NCBI GenBank assembly: GCA_002633005.1 | Contig: NMRA01000153.1 | Span: forward strand, 330,158 to 394,157 | Length of the DNA stretch: 64,000 nt | Reading direction: 5' to 3' | From: Phoronis australis | Lineage: Eukaryota; Animalia; Phoronida | Part shown: piece by piece, positions 53,201 to 64,000 of the stretch | How positions within the stretch are numbered: position 1 is the stretch's first letter | Layout: every line of letters begins with the position of its first letter | Notes under the pieces: generated by a model | Seen by the model: only the letters and a program-made list of their open reading frames with translations | Told to the model about the DNA's origin: nothing | Database searches by the model: none | Made by a program: the position numbers and the translations under genes

Positions 53201-55535
53201 CCACTTAACTTCAAAGCCGTTTTTCTCGGCCCGTGATTTCAGGATAGTGACAAGATTCTCGGGCCTATTTTTCCACAACACGTGGGTCAATTTTTACGAA
53301 AGTTGCAAATTTGAAATCCTCTAGGACTGAAGTAAAATCGCGTGCCAGGATTTTTTGATAAATGGACCATATTTTTAGTTATTAGACGAAAGTGACCAAA
53401 TGACAAAAAGTGCCACAAAATCAAGATCATAATGATTTTGTACATATATTTGGTATGGATAAGTAGAATACTGCGTAAGGAAACAGTTGATGATGATCCC
53501 TGTGCATTTTGAAAAACAATTCGAGGTAAAATTGGATTTTTTGAAAATTAAAAAATACGATTTTTTAAAAAAACAAAACTACAAAAATAACTTTTTTTTT
53601 TGATTTTTGTCACTTTCAGAGTCATATCTAACTAGTTAAAACTCCCTTTTTACTCGTTTTAGTTAGGAACCTGGAGATTTGATCAGTGTATACACCTACC
53701 TTAAGTCTTTTGCAGAGGGCTGTTCAGACTTACTCCAGCCTTCTGATCGGACACGTGTAATGGTTGTATCTCTCAGATTTCTGCACTGAGGAAGAACTCA
53801 CTAGAGTTTTACACAAACAAGACCAGCCAAATATAAGCCCAGTGGACGATATACCGTTACAAGAAAACGCTTGTGAAAATATGCCCACAGCCCATTAGGA
53901 GAAAATATAATGATTGAATTCTACAATGTTTCATAGTTTCACATGAAATAAACACAAAAAACGCAATCTTCTACTTGTAGGAACAATCAAGTGACATTCA
54001 GCCTCCATATTTCAAATCCGAAATCAACATCACATACATATTCTGGACTTAGTCAGGGTAAAGCTCACCCAGGTGTTGATAGACCCAGCATGTAATTATA
54101 CTGAACCAGTCAACAGGTGGCGGTGCAGTCTCGTTCACCAATCAGCTCACATATAACTGCCACACAACACCAACACTGCGAGAGTCTGTTAAAAAAGAAT
54201 TTGGCAAAAAGACAATTTATGAGAAAGGAAAGCACAAGAAATGAAGCCCAGTTATCAAAAGCAGAAATGGTCACTTGATATTGTTTTTGATGACAAGATA
54301 ATGTCAGTGCACTAAATGACCATGGGAGGGGGGGGTACTTCATAGCAGAGCTATACGAGAAGTGCTACTCAGGTAAAACCTGTTTCTCGACCAGATTCCC
54401 AATTAAAAATCATTGGACAATACAGTCCAAAGAATATCAAATTAATAAAAATTAGTAATCAGGCTTCAGACACCCACAAAAGGACTATTTTTGCATAAAC
54501 TCTGTGAATGGGTGACTTTTTCATAGAAATTCCACCAAATGGGACCTAGAAATATAATTGAGTTCCTAGCACTATTGGGAAAATGACTGAATGAGATCCT
54601 GAGCTTATTCACAAACTGTCAGTATGTTGCCCTAGCCCTGCCGTTCCTAATCTGCACAAGTTGAAACTGGTTTTAAAAAACCATGAGGGGTCAAAAAGCA
54701 CAAGTTAATTTTTTGATAAAGGGTGGGGCACCGGCACATAACAGGTGTTGAGAAGTAGGAGCTGCAGTGTCAACACCAGTTTTAATCAGCCAACCATTAC
54801 ATGAAATTATAAAGGTCTGCAGCTGTCATGGAAACTGTGTCACCACAGACATCTGCCAACTAAGTTTCACCAGACCTGACATTGGCTGTTCCAAAATAAG
54901 GAAATAATGTTACCAGCTCAGGCGGCGGGGGGGGGNGGCTAGCTTCCCTTCATGAAAGGATACCTTTCCTACAAAATTACCTGCAGGAGGGCTCTGTTGT
55001 TCGATATTCCGCAACAGGTTTGTTAACTAAGCTACATGCGCCTATTTGAAGGCCAAGATGAGTGCTCTGTACATAGATACATGCATAGAATTAAGGTGTA
55101 TGTACTAGGTATTCCTCCGCTGCAGGTGCACGTTACGTTGATGCAACACACCTGTGAAAAAGTAAGATCACGTGAGATCACGTAAAAATACACTAAGAAA
55201 AAGGCGTTTAGTGAGTATTCTCAGGACCTTAATCAGTACATTAGGAACATGGAGGCCACTAAAGCAATTAGTCAGCGAAGCCGCAATGTTGAATAGTCGG
55301 ATAGAATTTGCTGTAAGCATTACATGAGGATCTTGCGTTTATGGAACTGCCCTCTGATCTTAGTTTTCACACAAGTTTTTTACCTAATTTTAATACTTTA
55401 ATTGTCTTTAGAGTAGCTATAAGCCCACCTTTCATCAAAAAGCTTCTGACTTGGGATACTAACCTTTATAAAATTAGTTTTAACTTGGTCCTTACTCAGA
55501 TTAAAAGCGATTCCTGGGCTTTGGAAGAACTGATA

Positions 55536-56062
55536 GTGTGTTATAGCACGAAATGGCGTTCTTTTACAACACAAACTGACAGTGTGTTCTAGCACGAGAT
55601 GGCCCTCTTTTATAACACAAACTGACAGTGTGTTCTAGCACGAGATGGCCCTCTTTTACAACACAAACTGACATTGTGCTATAGCACGAGATGGCGCTCT
55701 TTTACAACACAAACTGATATTGTGTTATAGCACGAGATGGCGCTCTTTTACAACACAAACTGATATTATATTGTAGCACGAGATGGCACAGTTTTAAGTC
55801 AATTAGCACACGTAAATGTCCCCAAATTGTTGCATTTAAAAATCTTAGCGCGCTCGCGCTGCATCAGCGCTACCTTGCGATTACTGCGATGACAACAGCG
55901 ACAGCTACCGTTTACTACGATGTCTGTCAACTACCAAAGCCGGTTCAGTTAACTTCGCAGTTTACGTCGACAGACTGGAGTTAAGTCAGTATGAAAGGGC
56001 TTTTACAACACAAACTGACAGTGTGTTATAGCATGAGATGGCACTCTTTTACAACACAAACT
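55536..56062. repeat. 46-bp minisatellite (~5.5 copies, ~200-bp interruption, ~1.5 copies)
   Basis: Unit ttatagcacgagatggcgctcttttacaacacaaactgacagtgtg; resumes at ~56000. Confidence 0.9.
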
Positions 56063-57197
56063 ACAGCACAGCAGACCAGTTTTTAATACCATCTATATTT
56101 AAACTTTGGGTGCACAAAACATGTACTCCTTTTAGGCAGCATGGCATCTATTCTTGGACTGTTACAGGCTCAGTGGCTTAAACATTCAACTGCCAACATT
56201 ATGCCAGTACTTAAAAGAGTTAGGTAAATGGAGTTGACCCCAATAAAAGGGCAACTATTCACATGGAACCTCCCTAAAGATGGTTCCACTGATCCAATCT
56301 ATTTGTAACTCATCCACTAGTAGGAATCCTAACTTTCTAGTTGTCACAACCAACCCCCCCATCAAGAATATGGTTATATGCAAGTATACCCTCCAATGTC
56401 CACAAGACCACAACTTGGTTAACTTGCTTAGTGTATTACAAGTTCTTATGCAACTTTTGCCTTCTGAAGCAGTCTTCTCACATTGTGATGGCTATTAAGG
56501 AGGTGTTAATGGGCAAGGCCTACATGATGACACAGATTATTTTACTCTTCTGAGACTAGATGAGTTTTCCATAAAATCTCCAATGAAAGAGTTTATCTGC
56601 GAATAGGACCTCTCAAAATGTGCTCCTTTGTGCTACAAATTTTCCAGAAGATGGAGACCACAATCTTGTGATTTGTCTTAAGAAGTGTTTTTTTTTGACA
56701 ACTACAAAATTGGGCGGAACCATGTCAAAGCTTCAAAGTTTTGACCATACAGTTGTGATGGAGATATCAAGTTCCAAAGAAGAAAAGTGGATCACTTTAA
56801 ATATCTCCCCAGTAAAAATAGCTACAAAATGTTTTATCAATGTGTGGCCATGCACCACAACTAGATAGAGAGACAGTTGTGTGGAAAAATGAAATATCAC
56901 TAGGTGCCGCTTGTGTTGCACTTCCAAGCTAAAGAAGAGCTCTCCCGTGGAACAACAAATAAAAACCAAAATCACTTGTAAAATTTCTATACATTAGCAT
57001 GCATTAGAAAGTGTTTTCAAAGTTGTAAGTATTTCACAAGACTGTGATACAACATGCATATAAGTTTACATGTTTTCAGTACTTAGGTCTCCAGCCCCTA
57101 TACAAACATGAATGTACCAAAGAGGAATGCAAAATTAACATTCAAATGTGCAACAATATTACAGGGAATTAAATCAGTTCCCATAATTCATCACTTA

Positions 57198-58543
57198 CCG
57201 TATTGGCCTTAATAAGCGACCATCCCCTTATACTGGCCCCCCACACGTTGTCAGACTTCGCTGAAATAAGCATCCAGTACATGCAAAAAATGTGACCTAC
57301 AGTCCTAAAATTCTACAGTAACATCTTCAACTTATTATTGTGCGCGGAATTTCTAAACTACCAGCCTCACAGCTATGTCGGTATTCAGCCATAAATACAC
57401 ACTTCAAACTTCTGCCGTGCTTCAAAAAGAACGCAAGTTTTGCTGACCTCGCGAGGAACGTATCCCACAATGGTCTGGTCTTTCAGAACAGGCACAGCGT
57501 ACTTGTCAATAGGATTGAATGGTTCACGTACAAAAACTTCTGTACTATTTTTAAGAGGAATTGTCAGTTTTATTAATCTCACCAGGATTCCTAATTTCTT
57601 GGTACAGTGAAGACCGTGAATGGAAGCGAGTCAGCAACCTGATGACTACCTCACAAATAAAAAAGAACTTGGTGTTAAAAGCACACGCTACATATCAGTT
57701 ATCACAGACATTAATTTTCGGGAACAAGGGTTAGGATAGCATCGGAAAGAAATAATTTTGGCACAAATTTCTAATACGGTAAAAAACTTTTGCGTTACTT
57801 TTAAGAGGAACTATTTAATTAATCATACTTGGTGTTTCTAAAGTCAAATATCTGATAAAATGACCCACTTACATTGAACAACTCTGCACTCTTACACCCA
57901 AATCTCCCAAAATTTAAATAACTGTCAGACTGTTACGCATCCAGTCACCAGACAATTCAATGACATTAGTATATTCGGCCTTATGGAGTCATCTCAAACG
58001 TTTTAAAAGTAGATGAGACCAGCAAGTGCTAAATAAAAAACTGTTTATGTTAATTTCTTTAGTTAAATGCACACCTAGATCATTACATTACGTTTATTCT
58101 GGCAAATGAACAGTGATTACACGCACCCGCTCACTGATTCTCACACAAATGCAGACGACCTTCAAAACAAATGTCACATGACAACATGTGTGTTCATCTA
58201 GAGAGGTACAATTGCGCAGATTTGGACTTAAACCTGCTGTTCATTCCGACTCCATATTGACGATTGCGAGGCAGTGACGCATCGACGAGTTTTTGCCCTG
58301 GGATTTCAGCACAATTTTGTGTACAACAATATAATTTAACAATGAAGTTTGATAGCAATGCACACCAGTTTTGTAGAAAATCTGTCAGAGGTTACAGATA
58401 CATGCGAGAGTGTAAATTTGATGGATCCTAGCTTTCGATTTCACCAGGTTTCGGAGACCGGGTTTCAACCGCCTTAGGTTAGAATAAGCGCCCCCCCAAA
58501 CAAATTTTTCTAAGCACCCAGGCGCTTACCAAGGTGAATATGG
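57198..58543 (-). mobile_element. Tc2/pogo-like element carrying a HIRAN pseudogene (copy B, both ends present)
   Basis: ta|ccgtattggccttaataagcg ... cgcttaccaaggtgaatatgg|ta imperfect TIRs, TA on both sides, aataagcg/taagcac subterminal motifs. Confidence 0.8.
57340..57630 (-). pseudogene. Stand-alone HIRAN-domain pseudogene (frameshifted)
   Basis: Joined frames read ASIHGLH/YQEIRNPGE...VREPFNPIDKYAVPVLKDQTIVGYVPREVSKTC/FFLKHGRSLKCVFMAEYRHSCEAGSLEIP, containing the HIRAN core REPxNxxDxYAV..VGxVPR. Confidence 0.85.
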
Positions 58544-59389
58544 TAGTGAGCACACAATACAATGGACAAGTGAAATTTTATTTCTTCAATAATCTCAACT
58601 AAAATCAAAATTATGAAAATTGTAGTAATTAGCTAAGATTGAACAGTTTAGATGACAATAAACAGCCCTTTGTGAAGTTAACATTTACTGTATTTGCAGC
58701 AAGGTAACTAGTCTTTGAAAAACAGAAAAACGACCATTTTAGAATTATAAGTGAAGAATAAGCACAAAAACAAAAAAGTTAATTTTGTCCCACATTTGCG
58801 ATATAATACTGTTCTCCTTCAGTCAGATGTGCCATGTTCTCCAATCGATTTGTGTTTAGGTTACATAGGACGTTATCCACAAGGCTGTACAATTAGCCAA
58901 ATACTTACAAACAGAATCTAACTTGGTGAAAGTATATATCTTCTAAAATAAGAAATTCTGTAGAATTTGATTTTTACATCATGTCAACCTGTAACTAATT
59001 AGGTCAAATGACCTTATTTTTTAGGAAAAATTTAGCGAAACAGACAGGTACATTCATAACAAAATAACAGGACCACAAACACGACCAAAGTTCATATGAC
59101 ATAAAATAGAAAAAACACTGTTATAGTTTTATAAATTATCGTTTCATTTGATGCAGTGTTTATTTTTTCATAAAAATCATATTTGTCCTATTTTTGGTAG
59201 CACCTCATGCAAAAGTGGAACATCTAAACAACATTGATTAACAAAGTTTGAGAACAGTGTATCTGCAAGTTTCACGTGAATCTCATCAGCCATTTCCAGG
59301 TAAGCTATGCCAAATTCAAGTGAAAGGGGGAAGATATTATCAAATCTTTTATACAAACCTATCAACTAAATCGCATAAAAATACGACAA

Positions 59390-59862
59390 GGAACTTCAAA
59401 GATACAGAGGAAAACGCAAAATAAAATTGGTACAAGGGGGTATAGTGGTAGTCAGGTCGGTCCAAAAGTCATAGTCGTCCATTATCAAACAGGCACGGAA
59501 ACAGTAAAAATGGCCACTAGGTGGTATAAAATACCCTGAATCAAAAAGTGGCATCATTTTATTAATAGACACCTATTTACCAAATTTCACAATAAAAAAT
59601 CCATTAAGGATATACAACGATACAAGGTAAACATAAAAACTGAAACTACCACTAGGGGACACACTGGTAGTCGGATAAGTCCGAAAATTCGCTATGCTGT
59701 CCCATCAATGAAAGGTACATATCTGCAAAATTTCATGAACATACATCCAAGGGTTTAGAAGATACAACAGCAGACACCAGACAAACAGACAGACTGATGG
59801 TAAACGAACAGACAGGGATGACATCATAATACACCCACATAGTTATGTAGGAGCAAATAAAA
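59390..59862 (+). mobile_element. HINE-like family A 3' fragment
   Basis: aaaaatggccactaggtgg and ccactaggggacacactggtagtcgg monomers, (acag)-like tail, cccacatagttatgtagg hairpin end. Confidence 0.7.
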
Positions 59863-60201
59863 AGCAATCATTTTAATGAAATCAAATACTACTGCACATC
59901 AAAGTCGCAATTTCAACTTCCCACAGACACTTTTAAAAGGATTCCCGATAGATGTTTAAAAGCGTGATAGACCTGAACATAAAATCCAGAGGTCTAAGAA
60001 ACAAAAAAATGCAGTCAGATAGGTAACTCTCACAAAGTAACAATAATTGCAGACGAGCAAAACAGTAATTAATTTGCGATTCGTCAAACGCTCACAATAA
60101 TGTTCAGTTCTCAGGATTGTTTTTGACAGATGTGCGCAGACACTTTTAGCGATTGTTGGGTCACATTTTACTGAAATCTAACAACTAGCTGAATTACTTA
60201 C

Positions 60202-60231
60202 CTTGAGTTAATACTGTGTTCAGGTGAAAAA
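60202..60231 (-). other. Candidate 30-bp phase 1-1 micro-exon
   Basis: Minus strand ccttattttcag|tttttcacctgaacacagtattaactcaag|gtaagt; open in phase 1 (FHLNTVLTQ), frame-compatible with the CUB exon. Confidence 0.3.
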
Positions 60232-60926
60232 CTGAAAATAAGGACAAAAACTCAGTCAAGTACACATCATGACAGTAAACTCTTGCTGCTTTATCACTAA
60301 TTGGCATTTTGCTCAATTTAGCTGGCTACGATTTACAAAAATCAAACAAGGCCGTTTTATTCTTACAAAATCGTTCTCGTATTTCTTGTGGAGATAGGGT
60401 TCTACTTCCATAACCAACAAATAGAAATAGTGTCTTATTTGAGTAAGGAATCTTATGAGATTGATTTTATAAAAAATAAACCAAAATTTAATTTTTGGTT
60501 TTAGCCAGCTAAACAGAGCAAAAGGCAGCTTTAAGTGTCTAAGTATGAAATGACACGGCAACACTAACAAAAGGACATGCCATCATAAGAGTTTATCAAA
60601 TTTATTTAATTCCCCACAATAACAAATCAAATTCATTCACAACTTTTTGGGGTGTGATTAATGGAAATGCAGGGAACATAATTTCTTTACATTTTAATCA
60701 TAAGTACAGGTAAATGCAAAAGATGATATCGCAGCTCAGAAATCGAATTAACATTATATCCGTGGAACTAAAAATTTCTAACATAAAACAAACAGGCATG
60801 TTATTGCTGGCAAAACTTTTAGACAATGGTCAGTCAGTGAACTTTCATATGAATTTTTTTTCATTACGAGACAATTACAAAAGAAAAAAATAAAGGTGTT
60901 TGTAGAACATCCCACCCACTGAGACT

Positions 60927-61555
60927 GATATTCACGGGGTATAGGCTTGATTACAACCACGGTCAATAGATATTCACGGGGTCTAGGCTGGATTACAACG
61001 CTCGTGGATTGATATTCACGGGGTCTAGGCTGAATTACAACCACGGCAGATTGATATTCACGGGGTATAGGCTTGATTACAACCACGGTCGATAGATATT
61101 CACGGGGTCTAGGCTGGATTACAACGATCGTAGATAGATATTCACTGGGTCTAGGCTGAATTACAATGATTATGGATTGATATTTACCGTAATTCACGGG
61201 ATCTAGGCTGGATTACAACCACGGTCAATAGATATTCACGGGGTCTAGGCTGGATTACAACGCTCGTGGATTGATATTCACGGGGTCTAGGCTAAATTAC
61301 AACCACGGCAGATTGATATTCACAGGGTATAGGCTTGATTACAACCACGGTCGATAGATATTCACGGGGTCTAGGCTGGATTACAACGATCGTGGATTGA
61401 TATTCACAGGGTCTAGGCTGGATTACAACGATCGTGGATTGATATTCACAAGGTCTAGGCTGGATTACAACAATCGTGGATTGATATTCACGGGGTCTAG
61501 GCTAGATTACAACGATCGTGGATTGATATTCACGGGGTCTAGGCTGGATTACAGC
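60927..61555. repeat. 42-bp minisatellite, ~15 copies, with higher-order structure
   Basis: Unit gatattcacggggtctaggctggattacaa + 12-bp variable tail; 42-bp period (e.g. 61357, 61399, 61441, 61483). Confidence 0.95.
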
Positions 61556-64000
61556 CATGACCTCCACCATGCTCCGTTTGCATTTGGATCATAGAGACAA
61601 AGCAAAATATTGCAGTTGGCGGGCAGAGAGGCCTTTTATGATGTGTGCAAGACTCGCTCTGAACTCTGAAGATTTAAATTTCTCAAGAAAATAGGCTCCA
61701 ACAGCGTTTGTCGTGATATTGTGGAATTGTATCACTCACTTATTGCACTGGTATTATTCTTAAAATTAGCATCAGCATCCATCTCGGAAAAATTACAGAC
61801 TTCGGCCTAAGGTCTTGATTTTGCATAATTTCTGACAATTTCTCCTAAGACAATATATACTGAGTTTATAAGCGTATCAATTTGGACAGAAGTACTGTAC
61901 AATCCGTTTCTCCTCATTTTTCGAAACACACATGCATCGTTTTGTTCCAGTGTAATGATTTCTGTACTGTTTTCATGCACCTCGTAAACTGAGATGGACC
62001 TAACATTTTTGTAAAGAAGGCCCACCAATCCCGAGAGTTTGAAAGTTCAAAGAGAATACTGCATTACATGGAAGGAATTCCCCACCTCAGGTTGCACTCA
62101 GCCAGTCAACTCAGGAGGAAAGCCACTTTCAGAAATAACCCGCGTATCCCGATTCTGCGGTATTTACCCACAATGCTGTGCATCAGTAGAGCACTTGCCC
62201 CAAAGTTGTACACTGGTGATGTGCTTAGATCACTTTTTTACATTAGAAGTTTTCCATTCCTTAAACTGATGGCAATGTTTTACTGATATCGATGGCAATG
62301 CAGAAATTAAAAATTTAAAAAATGAAGTGACGTGGGATGAGTTGTTCTTCGTGCAGAGATATTCCTGGATTGCGCCTTTGTGCCATTAGTGCATAAAAAG
62401 ATAAAAAGGCGCAAGTCATAGCAGCAATGCGTTCCAAACATACAGAATTCTAGTCAACTTACAGCCAGTCGGGTAAAACATAACTTAATTTTATTTTGAT
62501 TGCCTTTGGGGCCTCTGTTTCATATTATACTACTTTAATTACACTAAGTCTGCTGGGCACAAGCTTTTGAAAAATGACACACTTTTATCATCAGGCGCAC
62601 CCGAAGAGCACAGGTTCAAACCTGGAAATCCCTGTTCATGCGCCCAACTAGGTTCAGAAGTACATTAGCCACCCTACCATTCAAAAACTAAAGGTTAAGC
62701 CATATAACGCACTTTTTCTATCTCCGTAAAAGAGGAGAACTAAATTCAGGATGTGGGATTAAATTACTGCGATTGCTCATGAATGACTCAGTCAAATGGG
62801 GGCTCGAATTCTCAGCTATGTGGACCTTTTACTAACAACATAGTCAACTTAAAAAAAACGGTACCGCTATTGGAGCAGTACGTGCTATGAATTGTGCGTT
62901 TGCACCTTTTTAGTGGACTTTTATCTCGTCTGAGGCGGACCTTTGTGCCCACTTCACCAAATGGGAGGGCTCATTCGAGCCCCCCCTGGGTGTGTGCATG
63001 ATGCCGCAGTAATGGTAGAAACAATGGAATACCCAAACTGATAAATGAATCTGGACCACCCAGATACAAGTATAGGTAGGCTAGTGAGTTAGGAAGCGAC
63101 AGTGCCAGTTTACAATAGACAAATCGCCAAAACAAAACATACATAGGCTAACTTAGAAGTCTGACTTCTAAGTGCTAGGACTGCTACACGGTCAGTCAAC
63201 TCTCAAGTCAATGAACAGTAATTAGCCAAATGAACATTGAACAGCACTGCGCTCCTGCACCATTAGTTCACAATGCATAGGCTGGCACTCGATGTTACGC
63301 CGAAGAAACAAAGATTAAAGTAGAAAAGTAGTCAACCACAGTCACAGACGCCGGCGAGGTTAGAGAATCGACGACAATCCATGCCGCTTATATCAGGACA
63401 GGAGATCGCCAAAATACCTAGTCCTTTGTGAGGCTGCACTTACCAATATAATATAACTGAAACCGCATATCGAGAAAAGTGAAGCCTTTTCCGCTCATGC
63501 GAATATTCAAGACGTAAAATGCATTGATGTAACAGCAAGCCTAAAGCTTTCAACTGCAGAAATATCTTCGGCACAAGCAACCCATTTGACCAGACACTTA
63601 CATTGCGCACTGTCTGGGCGCAAGTTTACGGAACTTAACGAGGTCACTCGGGTTAGGACGAGCTCGAGGTAACTTTTAATAATACCCTCCCAATAGTCCG
63701 TTGTCCAGGGGCTTGTCCACCGCGATGGACCAATTATTGGAATAGATAATTTTGAAATACACCAAATTATAACGTAAAAGCTGCATTTGTGTTTATGAAA
63801 TTTTTCAAATTGCGGATTCTAAGTTGCCCAGTCGTCCTTTCTTGAAATTACTTTTCGACTCCTGGAGCAATGAAGGTGAGGGTACGTTACCAGGAGAAAC
63901 CAAATGCTTTTCACATACGCCATATTGGTTATTTACTTTTTGCGTGGGTCATTGGTCGTGAACGTGTTGGCGTTAGCGTCGTTTACTGGCCGTTTTTGAG

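Noticed and set aside
60927-61555. CRISPR-like repeat-spacer pattern
   Set aside because: Variable parts are only 12 bp, mutually related and repeated in order; no cas genes; eukaryotic context.

Overview
Eukaryotic, AT-rich, repeat-dominated genomic DNA. The repeat landscape suggests a marine invertebrate, probably a hemichordate- or echinoderm-like deuterostome (inference only). There are three assembly gaps. Nearly all ORF-track entries are spurious (tandem repeats, N-runs, TE antisense frames). I find one convincing host coding exon: minus strand 16018-16503, canonical AG/GT, symmetric phase 1-1, 486 bp, encoding a divergent CUB-like domain, plus a few weak micro-exon candidates. The rest is intron-like and contains TA-flanked CCGTA/CCATA-terminated (Tc2/pogo-type) DNA transposons, Helentron-associated (HINE-like) elements with internal tandem arrays, a hAT-like MITE with an apparent 5-bp TSD, a foldback element, a LINE 3' fragment, tRNA-like Pol III cassettes inside DNA elements, and many minisatellites. 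The most interesting signal is a TA-flanked transposon family whose only recognisable cargo is a decayed stand-alone HIRAN (3'-OH ssDNA-end-binding) domain gene, present in 2-3 copies. A second such family carries remnants of an unrecognised reading frame. No CRISPR, rRNA or intact tRNA genes were seen.
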